In this document: one piece after another, positions 12,579-26,900 of the stretch | How positions within the stretch are numbered: the first letter of the stretch is position 1 | Layout: every line of letters starts with the position of its first letter | Assembly (NCBI GenBank): GCA_030141605.1 | Contig: JAQGDQ010000169.1 | Coordinates: forward strand, 124,001-188,000 | Direction: 5' to 3' | Origin: Tubiluchus corallicola | Taxonomy: Eukaryota; Animalia; Priapulida | Length of the DNA: 64,000 nucleotides | The notes under the pieces: model-generated | Told to the model about the DNA's origin: nothing | The model's input: the letters and a program-made list of their open reading frames with translations, nothing else | Database searches by the model: none | Made by a program: the position numbers and the translations under genes

Positions 12579-14806
12579 GTTAGTTATGATCATTAGAATC
12601 GCAGTTCTGTTACTTTTGTTGTTTAAATTAGCGAAAAAGATCTTTTACATATGTTAACTAGCTGTAATTAAATACCTTATAAGCAGATGGAAAATTAATC
12701 ACGAGCTTCAGTACCATGACTCAGGTAAAAATGTTCGTTTGTTTTTCATTTTTTTGTTTGTACGCTCGTAAACTTTCACTAAAATCTCTTCTTCCCCGAA
12801 AATGTAAAAAAATTCCACGTAAAATGTGCGCGAAATAACCGAGAAACATTATATGTTTTCAAAATGTATCAACAAGAAGCTGATTTCTAAACAATGAGTA
12901 AAATAATCACATGTTTGTAAACAAGTATTTTCAGGATTTCCTGTCTTTCTATTTTTTCTTTGGACCTTGCCTCGACTATTTGAACGAGAAGCCTATTAAC
13001 CAAAGTAAACTTAGTTGCAAATACGTTCCTAGATATCAACACAGTTATGACATATACATTGACAGTGCAAACATGCAGTGTGACTTGTGTTAAAAATGCG
13101 CAGATAGAAAAACGTATCCAAAAGCAATCTAACTCTAACTTATATTTTATCACACAAAAATAAAAATTGTAGTTGTGTCGTACCTATATTCTAATAACAA
13201 AGTTATACATTCGAGTCGATTTTTTTGTGGCAACATTATCTTGAACGTTAAAAAAGGTAATTGCAGGAAAATACGTTAAACGTCATTGAATTTGGCAAAG
13301 ACCCCACCTGTCTCTCTGATTTTGCAATATCGCGCCACGACCACATCACTAACCTAATTATAGCATTTTTTTCTCCAGGTAGGCCTACCTCTTCTGGCCT
13401 GTTATGCTATTACTGAAAATGTGGTAATGTGTTATTACACTGTCAGTTTTTAATCGGTTTCATTTTGTGTGTAGCTATAAATCTTTCAGCACCTAATATT
13501 ACTCTCCAGGGGGCAAACGCAAACGAATGTTTCGCTTTAAAAGACAGCTCGGCATAACAGAATGACAGCTTTTGGAGTTCTGTAATTAACACAGTTAATA
13601 ATGTATTCAAAACAAAATTAAAAATTTGCGGGACCGCTTACAGGCTTTTCCATAAACCACAAGTAAAGTTTGTATTAAATATTCATAGTGCCAGAGTAAA
13701 GTGGTTATTTTTCACAGCAAGTTGGTGCGCATTATTATTTTGTTTCTTGCATTTTTCGGGAATTGCAATTACGTTCATGCGGAACGCACGCACGCAATAA
13801 TATCATTTCGAAGATTTTTTTAACTATGCACATTGAAAACGAGAGAATGATATTTCGCACGATAATATAAATTAGACATTTCACAAAATCATTAATTATA
13901 ACATAATCCTAATTGCATTTAAAAGGTTGCATGTTTACGTAATGTATGTATAATAAAAACGTATTTAAAATTTTGCAATTTCAGCTAATACGTTGGTTTC
14001 TGCCTGCATATATTGCGACTTAACAAAGCAGTCCTTAAACGGAAGACAGAATTTGACATATTGGTATCACTTATACATTGAAAATGCTGTAACAGCTTGT
14101 ATAAAACGACGGATTACAAGTTTTACAGTGATGTGGTTTATAAGATGCCCCTCAACTTGTTGCCTGTTCATTCCGTTGGCCCAAGGACAGAAGGACTAAA
14201 GAAATCGTGACTCTTCGCTTCGAAGATCCCTTAGAGTTAACAGTTTAGATTTAGATTATTTTTTAATTCTCACAAAAAGCAATATACATTCAATGATATG
14301 AGACAATAATTACAAAATGACATACCAAAAAACTATTTGCTTACAATAAAATACTTCAATGTGTGCTGAAAGAAAATCTTGTTTAAAGTTTAAAGCTGGA
14401 AACATGCGTATGAAATATCTATATATAAAATTCTGTTCGGAAAGTAGAAAGGCGTTCTCGGAAAATCTCTGTGGTGCCTTATTAGTTTATCTTGATTGTT
14501 TAGTGGAGATTTCTCTAGTATTGGCTGGTTATTCCAACACAAGCAAAAATACTCTTTCGAAGTAACAAAGTCACTGAGAATTCTCTCTCTCTCCTTTTTT
14601 GTATGCTCGCATAGAATTTTTCTCTTTTTCCGTTCTTTGTTTCATTCATTCATTTGCTATTTTTCTTTATTATTCTCCTATTGTTTTTTGTTTATTTTAT
14701 TTTTACATTCTTCTTAGCGTTTAGTGCTTTCCTTTTGCTATGCCTTCTCCTTATTCCCTTATTTCTTTCTCGCCCACTTTATTTCTCTCTCTCTCTCTCT
14801 CTCTCT

Positions 14807-14852
<46 letters not shown>

Positions 14853-14899
14853 ATTCCCCTCTCTCTGTCTCTCTATCTTCTCTTTCTCTTATTTCTTCC

Positions 14900-14953
<54 letters not shown>

Positions 14954-17900
14954 ACCGCTGTTTCGTTACTTCCAACTATTTTTTCAGCTGTGAAAGTGCA
15001 CAGAGTAAATCTGTCTGAATATTGACGAAATTCTGTGGTCGATTTTTGTGCAATATACGCAGCTACATCATGCTGTAAAGCGAAATCGTATATTTTCTCT
15101 TTTTTCGCTCCTCTGTTGTTTATCTAACTTCGTCAATCGAGCACATAGGTAAACATTACCTAACGCGTTCTCGCCTTTCTCTCTTTATCAGATTCCAGCA
15201 TTCCTTTTCTTGACAAGATCAGGAAATACCGTGTTAATCCCTTAATCTGTAGAAGAATATTTTAAGACATGTACGGTCCATTGGACCACATTGAAGACGA
15301 AGGGTTCTTATACAATAATAATGTGAGACGACAATTCAGTATTTTTCCAGAGTTCAGGTAATTTTAATTCAGTATTTCAGAATCCCAGGGTTAGTGCTGA
15401 GTATTAAAGCCAGGTTTCCTATAAATCAGATTTATATAGCAGTATAATATCGTTATCGTTATGATAATCATTACCACCATCAACATCGTTACCATTATCA
15501 TCGTCATCAGGACAAGTTAGTATTTAGTTTTATTAGCCTGTTACAGTGTATGTCATAATTTTTTTCCATATTACATGATAATTTGTATTCTTAAGCCACC
15601 TCTAGTTCTCTAGCCTTCAACGTCTTTAAAATTATATTGATTCTGTATCTCCAATTGCTCCCAATTCCATAATTATCTCCTTTCTGAGTTTCTACATTGG
15701 ACATTTTTGTGCACTTGATGCATTTTTCAAAAGCAGTCTCTACTGCAAATTCACCATGCAATGTAGGAATGGCATTTCCATCCTGCACTCCAAAGAAGAT
15801 GTTAATTTTAAGTTCCATTGTTCTGTTGCTCTAGCGAAATTTTAACGTTTGCTGGCATTTTCAAAACTCCAGTTAGGTGCAGACAAACGCAATAAAGTGG
15901 TTATTCGTGCAATGTCTGTTGCTGGTCTCGTGCTTATTATACTGCTTTAACATCACTCTAACCTTTATGACTGCTGGGCATTCACGTTATGATCATATAT
16001 CACCTGACGGAGAGAGTGGTCCACTATAATAAGCTTCTGTAGTCAATGAAATAGACATTAGCCATGGTTGTCACATCATTAATACAATGTTAGCTGAGTG
16101 AATAAATACAACAGAAGGTGTACAAAGTTTACCGGCTATAATTGATGTGGCTTGTCACTACTAGGAAACTGTGACCACCATGCAGAAGTAAAGATCAACC
16201 AAAAATGCCAAGAAAAATGTCCCGACATTTACTGCAAAATGATCTAAAATTTGCATAATGTATATCAAAACGATTAAACCTGTTGTAGACTAAAGCATCG
16301 ATAGGTATTTTACAGGTGTTTTTACTGCATTCATGTATTCAATCAAATTACCTGAATAGTTAAAAATCGATTTGAAATTTTGCTGTGTAAGCCAGCTTAA
16401 GCCTCTTTTGATTAGCGGAAATAATTTGATTCAGTTTTTGTGACGATACCAGGCATTATGTAAGAAACCATGTGTGCACCTGAAAATTGACTCATTTGGG
16501 ATCGAGTGTGTTTTCTCTAGTGTTTTTGTTGCTATATACGTATATATATATTTTACTTTTATTATATATATTTTATAAACGTTTTTATTATTTATTAACG
16601 TTTGTTATAACAAAAAAAGTTACAACAGATAAATATAAATCTTATATTTATATATTAATATATATAATCTTTATCGCTATTCGTATCAACAACTTGTATT
16701 AAGTAAGGTACTTCAAAATTGTCGCCAGTGTGTTTGATTAACGCCGCTGGGAGCGCCACCGCTGCTGTTGTTCGATCGATCATATTATATGTTGCGTATA
16801 TTTATTGAAACATTTTCACAAATTCCAAGAAAAACATTAATGTGGGGCTATAAATATTGATGGGTTTTGCATGATTTTACTCTAACCTATATGGCTGGCA
16901 GGCTTTTAAAATTTAAATAGTTGTTCATTGTGATTGCATGGCTTGGTTTATTTTTGTCTGTCTGCTTATGGGTTCAACAACTTTTTGTTAGCACGATTAC
17001 GAGACAGTAAGGGTATATTGCGACTAAAGGCTTATTCACATGTATCAAGCTATGACGGTAGCGACGACGACCTGCCAGGGTTTTTATAATGCGACGAGCT
17101 GCAATTTATAATATAATACATAAAGAACGCTGCATGCCTGAAGAAAAATAAGTGTTGAACAAATCAACACTTGTTCCGGTTTACCAATAAACTGCGAAAC
17201 CCCTAACTCTCATTTTTTGTTGTCAGTCATAAAAATATGATTAGCCCTTGCTGTTTACTTGCTACTTTGCAGTAAATTTTATCAAACTGTCTTATCCAAA
17301 ACGAACAGAATAACATTTATGGACAAAAACACTGTTTATAATCTTGCAGAAAAAAGTAAAAAAGAAATAAAATTATAAAAGAACAGTACATACAATCACT
17401 AAGTAAACGGACAATTTTTTAAGCATAAGGATGAACGTGCAAAACATAAATAACAATACAATAGAAAGATGTAGTATGCAGACAGCAGTTAATTAGCACT
17501 TCCATCTTGATATGAAGTCAACTTCTCTTCTCTTGCAATGGAGTTTTCCTTTCATGGATACTTGCCTAAAAACTGCGGTTTTTAAGTCAGTCGGATTTTA
17601 TATATTCAGACAAGGATGCAATTTAACTCGCACAAATTCTGACGACTTCTTTGTCAGAAAATTGCTGCAGTAGTGTTATGCATTTCACTATTTTTGACCG
17701 ACCTTTGGAAACTCTTGAGTAACCGCACTGCATGAGGGCATGAAAATTCTAGCAAAAAATAAATGGTTATGTCTAAATAGTTTTTTGTCTGCATACTTCA
17801 ACTGTCTGTTTACTCACTGTAGGCCTGTTACTCGGCTGTCAGTTGGCTAGATTCTTCATTCGTGATTCCCAAGTGGTCAGTATGAGTCCCATGCAGGATG

Positions 17901-20900
17901 CTGTGAATATAATGTATCTTGGTGCCTGAATGAGGAAAGGATCCTGTGGTGTGCTGTTGCTTAGTGGCATTGCCTATATCGTTATTACTGCGCCAGGCAA
18001 TAGATTTTTGGGAAGCAAAGTGCCAGACCGATGAATAAAAGATAGTTGTTGAATTGAGGGAGTAATGGGATACATTGGGCATAGTGAAGGCTAGCAGACT
18101 CACTTTATTAATTAATTATTTACCCTGCGCTACGTACCCTACGATAGGTCAAGATGTCACGGGTGCTCGAATGAGTTCTGTCAATTTGTTGCACAACATG
18201 TTTCGAGCCGAGGTTGAGCTGACCATATCTGAATATGAATTTGTGACCATAGTAATTTGTAAACATTTTCAGACAAAAGAAAAGCACTGGCGGTAAAAGC
18301 AGCGCAGAAATGCAGAATTTTAAAAACGGCTGTAGGACTAATGCGGCATAGGCGGCTTTCAATCAAAACCTCAAAGCAATTCTAGCTGTATGGTCTATTA
18401 GAATGACTGGTATATAATTAGTGGTAATGGCCCCACGGGTTGCCGGCCTCTGCGTTCCAATCCAAAGTACTGGTGATAAATGCAATGCGGCCCTCATATT
18501 TGTTAGCTGTCGCATTAATATCGCATTACCAGCAGATCAACTACTGTTTGGCCAGCTCATTAATTAGTAGTTCTTAATGGGATTGCAATAAATTTCATAT
18601 TGAGAGTCTTGTAAGGCCTTCGTCCTCGTCAGGCTGTACTTGTTCAAGTTAAGTAAAAAAGGCAACAAATTATATCGCGTTTATACACTCGTATAAGCCA
18701 TCTAAGGTATACATTTACACGCAGGCCTATAGAAATGTGGCTCATGTATCTTTAGCAAAGCAGCAGGCCGGCAATACAGTTTCTATTGTATTAATCAGAG
18801 AAGCAATACAGCTAATACTATTAAATCAAAAATTATTTTGTGGATGCTTCGCCTGCTTTTTAAATTATTTGCGTACGATATAATATTATGTAACGTGATC
18901 CGATCTGACAAGAACAAGAAGAGTGAAACGTAAACGGGCAGTGGCTCTCGAATAAGGATGCAAGGATTTTTATTTTTTTCTAATACTGCTAAGTCACAAT
19001 TTAATCAGATAATGAGTGTGTAAACAATAATTTATTTCAGTAAAAAGCTATTCGCTTATAAACCAATTTAGTAATTATACTGACGGTATTTAAAAATAGC
19101 ATAATGCCTGCACATAAGCACTTGTACAGTTATGAAGCCTGGAGCCAAATATTCAAGCAAATTTAGTATTTTATTGAAGCACACCTGCGCAATTGTGCTG
19201 TTAGTGCATAACAGCTGAGGCTAGCAGTAAAATAGTTTAGCCTTATTAATGAATCTTTTTAGGGCGCAACGTCTCTGATGTTTATTTATAGTAATATGAC
19301 CATCTTATAACACAGTAGAAAACGGTTAGCACTTCAGGTCTGTGGGGGTGTGTGGGGGGGTATGTAGTAGGGGATATAAGGTCAATCTCGCTGAGGGAGG
19401 AACGATTAACCTTTTGGGCTGTCTGATGATCGGGTGGCTGGCAGACAAAGCAGCGCGTGGACAAAGGTCAACCTGTTCCACGCAAATTTTTATTCAAGTC
19501 CAGGAAACATACTTTTTTGTACGTACTGACAACAGGCTTGCAAAATAGAAAACTTACCGGGATACTACAATTATTATAGATAAAAAATAATCTATGGTGA
19601 CAATGAAAAAGTGTTGTGTTATGTTTACGCTGTACAGTTTTTCTCCACCGTCATCATCACCATCGTCATCATCATCAGCATCAGCAGCAGCAGCAACAAC
19701 AACAACGACATCACCAAAATTTGCCATCATCAGCATCATCATCATCTTTTTTGTGTTTAGTTGTTGTAGTTGTTTAGTTTAGTAGCTACAATTCCAGACG
19801 CCACGGCTGGTAGCAACCCAAACAGTGCTACCACATTAGTGCCATCTCTGCTGCTGTCACCATAATATCGTTGTGGCTGCTGATGTTATGCTGTTGTCCT
19901 GGGTCGTCGTTATTGCTTGCATTGCTAATGTTTGATATACAATTTGGCACCATCCCAGTTGATGTATTCAATCACGCGGCTATTCAATATGTAAGTTGTG
20001 GCGGAACCTAAATTATCTAATTACCAAAACCAGTCCTCTGTGATGAAACAAGAAGAATGGTTGAAGAAATATATTGCAGATGTACAGTAAGAAGGAGTTT
20101 TCCCAGAATCATCTATTTATTTATTAACCAAGTTCAGTGATGTTTAATCTTTGCAGCCTAGCGCACACGTCCACGAAGTTATTCCGTGAGCAAAGCAAAC
20201 TCCACCTTTGAATGGCTCTTGATCACCTTTTGGAGTAACCAGTGCCCTTTTTGAGTTGTCCAGTCAGCCTCTTTGACGATCCTTGTCGTACAGCCTTTTC
20301 AGCACTTTCATTTACGTTGTTGATGCCTTGTGAATCAGTGATAGTTTTCAGGGGGCCGAAAGCAATATTTTACCAAATATATTTGCACAATATTAACGGT
20401 AGTAGACTATCGGAGCTTTTAGATTTTTCAGTTAAGAAGTAATCGAGAGGTTCATTTGTTTGATTTGATGTCGTATTTTTGGGACTGGTAATTTTAGTTA
20501 ATTTTTGTGGACTGCAAATATAAATTGCATTTCAGTTGCTATTGAAAATTTGAGAACGTGAAAAACATTTTCTTTATTACACAACAACGCAGCGACCGAG
20601 AAAATATAGATAACAGTCAAGAAGTTGGAATTCGGCTCAGCATTCGGTAGCTTTTTACCTCCTAAAGTAATTATACCCGTCTAGCACAAAATTAAGAGCG
20701 GCGTTTCAATACCCTTTTGTTAAGTGAAACTCAAAACTTTTAAAAATATATATTATTAAATACCGCTTATTGTACCGTGCACAGCTATATTTTAGGCTGA
20801 TACCAAAAGAAACACTTTACAGGTTGTAATAGTAAGTTATGATATAGTCATGTAAAATACAAAAAAAAACTGCCACGAAAATTTGTCATTGTCATAGAAG

Positions 20901-23900
20901 ATCTGAAACACGTCATTGTTTTTCCACTTTGATGCGTTTGAAGTGAAATATTTAGGCTGGAGGAAAATTGCTATTTTGTTAACAATTACTGTTTTCATTA
21001 GTATGCAAGGTGCACCAAATGTGAAATCTTTGGAAAACTTTTCGTCGTAACTGAGCATAGCTTATTTATTTCATCGCTTCGACACTGTTAATTGCATGTA
21101 TCAGCCACCCATTTCCTTAACACGTGCAAAACAAGTAAAGTTTTATAATACACACACAAATATTGCGTCACTCTAGGGGCTACGTTAGGGAAAGTATAAA
21201 ACTAATAATAAAACTCACGGTTGCCCACCTAACACGAGAAATTCAGAAGAGCCTGGAAAAGTCGTCTACTCAAGAACATTTATGAAACGTTAAATCTTGT
21301 CGTTGCCTTTCTGACACCTGAACTGTTGCTGTATTGGTATATAACACCTGACCTTTGATGATGATTATGGGTAACACTGACGATAGTATAAACGATGACA
21401 ATGTTAATGATATTAATAATGATGATGATAATGATAATGCTGGAGAAGAAGAAGAAAAAAGAGAAAGCAGAAGAAGGAGAAGAAGAAGATGATGATGATG
21501 ATGGAGGTGGAAGTGTTAGAATACTATTTTTGCTATAATGACGTTAGATGGTGACAGTAATATCTGAGTGACAGCAGTTGTAGCATTTGAGCACTCTAGT
21601 AAATTGATTACATTAACTGCTAAGATTCAATTTAAAAATTTGCTGCAAAATTTGTCGTATATTATTTTTGAGTTACAGAGTTGAATCTTTCTTATCATGT
21701 AATTATTGGATGTAATTTTGTACCATATTACAAGTATTACTCCGTCAATTGCTGCAGCGAGTATAGATCGTCAATAAGCCTGATTAAAATTGAACAGCCT
21801 TTTTACTATTTATTGCCGCTGAAGTGTGTAATGAGGCTCCCTTGGTCTGGGGGCGCCCATGTACCCACCTGAGACCGTGACGTAATTATTTCGCGTGCTT
21901 ACCGATCTGGTTCAGGGGGTAATAGTTTAAACATCAAACTGATTAATTGTTTAATGAGATGGGTTGCTATCAATCTGAGATTAACCAATTCCCAGGAGGC
22001 AGTAGGCTGTCTGGGAAGTGATCAGTTGTTAGCGCTGTTGTTTCTTCTCGAGGTTTTAGCTGCTTTTTATCTCACTATACTAATGAGTTACGTAATGTAT
22101 GTGACGTATCGACTGAAGCAGAACAAAGAGTCGAGGTTTGGTCACTTTCCCCCCGTAACCCAGACCTCACTAAATTATTCAAACCAGCTGGAGAGTAATC
22201 GCACCTGTATTATCTAATTGCGAATTGACTCGATTTATCAACTTGGAAGGAAATTAATCTCACCGTCTTCAGTTCTGATGGAAGATTATATGGCCCGTGA
22301 AATAATAATATGAGATGTCGATGTTATTATTACATATTCAGCTTAAATGTACAGGTAAACGTAATAAGAATGTTCACCGCTCATCAACAACGGGCAGCAA
22401 CAATATGGCAAAGGCTCTGTTGTACCAACAGCAACAACAATGGCAGTGACAACATCTAAATAATAACCATAGTGCAGCAGCAACATCATACACTTAAGAG
22501 AAGCAGTTTGGAATCATACTTTATTTTGAGGCTTCTTGTGTAACTGAACAAAGATATACACGAAGTGCCACGAACTAATTAAATTCATAAATTATCATGT
22601 ATACATGTATAGGATTATAATCTGTTGTTCGTGTCATTTAAGCGCTAGTACTTTTATTAAAACATTTTCAGTACGAGATTGAACGTATCTAAATTCATTC
22701 AAAAAGTGAATTTTATTGGGACTAGGTTGGAAGATTGCTGATTGCTAAGACAACACTAGTTTTTTCTTAGTAAATGCGACGGTTTTTTAGTTTCATTGAA
22801 GCATTTAAAACGTAAGATTGCAACTTACGTTCAAACTTAGTTACAAAAAGCTACTGTAAATAGATTGCAATCTACGTTCAAATTTAGTTGGAAAAAACTA
22901 CTGTATTAAGTTGCAACGTACGTTCAAATTTAGTTGCAAAAAACTACTAGATTGTAACGTGCTGGAGAAACCATTTCACCCAAGTTTTTAAAATTCTTGT
23001 TTAAAATAAGATCAAAGCACAAGGAGGCTAAGTGTGCATAAAGATTATTTAGTAAAAGCTCTTAGTAACCTCTTTACCATACTCCGCCTGATTTTGCGTT
23101 TATTGTGTGCATCATTGCTTAATGGACCAGTTAAACTGATGGCATCATAGACCTATTATTAAAGCAAAATTGATGCGCAATGACAAAAACAAGACCCTTG
23201 GGTGTTCGCTTTATTCTCAAACTACATGCTGTGTGCTCAGCGGCTGATTTTAGCAGTATACCCAAATACGGGGAAAATTCTCGAGCTGCATGTCGTTATG
23301 AGTAGGCCAATAAGTCTATAAAAATGTTATAAAGCAAAACTGAGTCAATGTGGCACAGAAAATATAAAAAGAGCGAAAAAGTGAAAACAACCTAAATCTC
23401 GTTTTTGTAATACGACGTTATTGTTTGTTTTAAGAAAAGCCTAATATGCGATCACCATACTTTATTATATTGATAAAACATTGTTAATGTTTTTGTATTT
23501 AAACATAATTAAGCGTACCTGTTGTACATGTATGACAATTCCTTGTTAACTGGCGGCCTTACATAACTTTTTGCACAAAAAACTCTGATAATTATTAATT
23601 AAGCATTAGCGTTATTGTATTTTAGGAAACAAATTTACAATGTCCAATTGTCACAATAATTTACAACTGTGAAGGTATTTTGATTGGTATAAAATTAGTC
23701 TCATTCATCCTCTAATATGCTATCGATTTCAAACTGTCTGTTATAATAACAAAAATTTCTCTGATAATTAGTACAACTGTCTAAAGCTTTTTTAAGCATT
23801 CCAAATACATGCATTTTATAAATTAATATCTCCAACATTGTTATCGCAATAATGTAAATTTATCTAATATAATTTGGTAATAAATACGGAGAGCTGTCAC

Positions 23901-26900
23901 AATTGGCATTTTTGCGGCGCGTTAATATTTCTATTCCGGCAATATTTATTAGCGATGTAATCAAATATTGCTTATAAAATTAATGAGTGCTTTTCTTACA
24001 TGAAATTTAATTTAACTAATTAAACGTACCCCACAAACAACCTTGATCATAATAAAGAGATTTTTCGCAATTATTAAATTAATCTAAAGGTATTTTTCTT
24101 ATAGCTCGCCATTCGGGTTTTAAAGTTCAGCTTCGATAATTTAAAGCCATTAGCTGTGGTTTCTAGTGAGGCAGTCCACGGAATGATAGGTTTATCATAT
24201 ATAGCTATGCAGAATCCAGAATTAAAAGCATCTAAAACATGTAAAATATTTACAGGACCCCAGGAATTATTCACTATCCTAAGTTCAGTTAAACGCTTAT
24301 GTCCGCGCATTCTGTACGTTTTTGTGACAATATATATTCAATCTTGATCGAGAATGGAACTTAAAATAAACTTATGTTAAGCAAATCTTGTTTTACTACT
24401 GTTATACGTACTTATATCGTCCATACAGCTGTAGTGAGTAAATGCGATGCTCTTGTCTTCCAGTTACAAAAACTATAAGAATGTCTGTCTTTTGTTAAAC
24501 TTTATGCCCATAATAGTATCATATTTTGTTGTCACTTCAAATTTGAAAACTTTAATCTTTTTGACGTGACCTGCTTGTTAGGCTTTGTTGCACTAGCTTG
24601 TAAATTTTCGATGATTAAAACAACAGTACCAGTTTATAAGGTTGCCGTGGCCATATTCAACATGGATTGTAACGCAGGCCTATCGTACCCTTTCCAGGCT
24701 CGAACAAATCATCACTAGCCCAGATAGTTCAATAAATCTATAGGGGCGCTTCTGTTCTGATGTGTAGCTTAGGAACCAATCTCGTTATTTCACCTAAGGC
24801 AAAATGTTGTTTTTGCGTTAGCGGTCAAGAAGCCCAAACAAGGAACATAGCTAATTTGTAATATTTAAAAGAAAGGCCCATACTTATACAGCCAAATTAC
24901 AGGCATTTCAGAATGGATGGCTAAAATAAAAATTAAAACGTATTGTAACGTTATTATACTTGCAAAGACAAAACAATTAACAGCCAATTGTTTTCCTAAT
25001 TTTAATATCTGACTGTAAGATCTAATATCTTTTTAAGATTTAATATCTTTTTTATTTATTGATTTATTTTTAACAGATTTAACTACGTAGCAATAATACG
25101 ACCTTATCTGATCCTAGGATGGTAAATTTCACATGACCAGCTAAGTTGACTAATTTACATTCCTCTATAATAACATTGCTACCTCACTGACACCTGCTTG
25201 CATTTCTTATTGCTATATGAAGGTCGACTTGAGGTTAGTGGATACTGCCCCTATCTTGCAATTTATATTCAAGTGTGTTTCACACCTATTTATATGAAAT
25301 ATATTCTGCCAAGTAGCATTTCCTTTCCCAGACAGTGCATTATATTTTCTGCCAAACATTGTAACAGAAATGTGTGCTATGTGATTTGCCCAGTAATATA
25401 GAGGCACGGTAAATCTCAAAAATAGGCCATTTGAAAATAATCAGCAGGCTCTTCTTTACTGTTACTAAATTCACTGCTCCCGTGCCTGAAAATACCTGTG
25501 CTTTTGTTTTACTAAGACAAGAATTATTTTATTTCAGAGTTTGCGCAGCTGTTTGAGAAGAAAAAACAATATTGCGCTAACAAGTCGCCTTTGCTCGATG
25601 TAATCTGAATTAACTTGAGAATTTACTCTTCTGTCCCTTTTGTTCTCTCTCTCACTCTTTCTCCAATTCACTTTATTCAGAGCATTTTTGAACATCCAAG
25701 CGAAAATGTTTGGAAACTGACGCAGCGCAGACCAGTTATCTTTGAAATCGAACAAAACATCTTGATAACTTACTTACTGCGCCACGAGCAAAGTTTTTAG
25801 CCCCCGTGACGCATCTGATATGAGACTAAACGGTTGTTTCGATACGATTTTCATATCAGACTTCCTACAGCAACCCATTTTCAAGTTTTTTTTCAACAGT
25901 TTATATTTACATTAACGCTTCCATAACAATTGCTTTTCATAGCAATAATTTACGTCATTATTAAATAAAAATGTCTGCTGCGCACATACTAGCCTATTAA
26001 GTGCAAGTGACATAAGATTTGCATATGCATAATTCCCGAATGCAAAGTCTGCAACAACCTAATTCACTCCATAAATCAACAGTACTGTGATTTAACAGCC
26101 AGCATGCGTAGACGCCTCGGTCTGATGAAAAATCATCACCATATTTAGCATTAATTATTAAAAACGTTGATATTGGGCCTGTTGAAAGAGATCGTCTGTG
26201 TCATATGTTAAGTAGCGTGCCCCCAGGGTGAAGTTAATCAAGCTGTGGCTATGTGATGGATGTGGTAGAAGCATTGACATGACGGTGAAAATATGCCTGT
26301 GATGGGTGGTCTTCAACCCACAACCCACATGTAATCATCATGATTTTACAATGTGATGACTGCTATTTTGAAATTTAATAATAGGAATAAAATTAAGATG
26401 TGATCATTTTGAACTGATTTTGTAAAACATGCCGCACATAGGGGATCTCCCACAGCATTAAATTTTAATTTAATCACCTCCAATAAACGGTTGCCAGCCA
26501 GTGCCTCAACAACAAAGCTTGAATTGAAAAATTAGAAAGAAAAAATTGCTGGTTTGCAATGGTTTGTTGCTTTACGACTTTGACATGATGATGATGATAA
26601 TAATGATGATGAAGATCATGATAACGACAACAGCGACGATTGCTGCTGCCGATGATAATGATGATGACGACGACGACGGTAGTTTTCGCGGATGATTAAA
26701 GCAAACATTACGTTAATGACAAAGATGGCAATAGTGACTTTGACAATAATGATGATGAAAAGTGCATCTAATGACGTACGTGACGAGTAATGACAAGAGA
26801 TGACAATGGAGGTGATGATGATGGTGATGATAACGATATGATGATGGCAATGGTAGTGGTGATAATAATGATAGAGAAAAAATGGCGATGACGATATTGC

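Noticed and set aside
15591-15818. 75-aa minus-strand ORF (also 17828-18103 and 62645-62878)
   Set aside because: No recognisable domain, no convincing splice context, and lengths expected by chance.
22814-22960. Regularly spaced repeats resembling a CRISPR array (also 56-187 and 43835-44123)
   Set aside because: Units are contiguous and degenerate with no unique spacers; no cas genes; the context is eukaryotic.
25538-25800. Strong acceptor at 25537 as another AHR exon
   Set aside because: Stop codon within 6 codons in the required phase and no good downstream donor.
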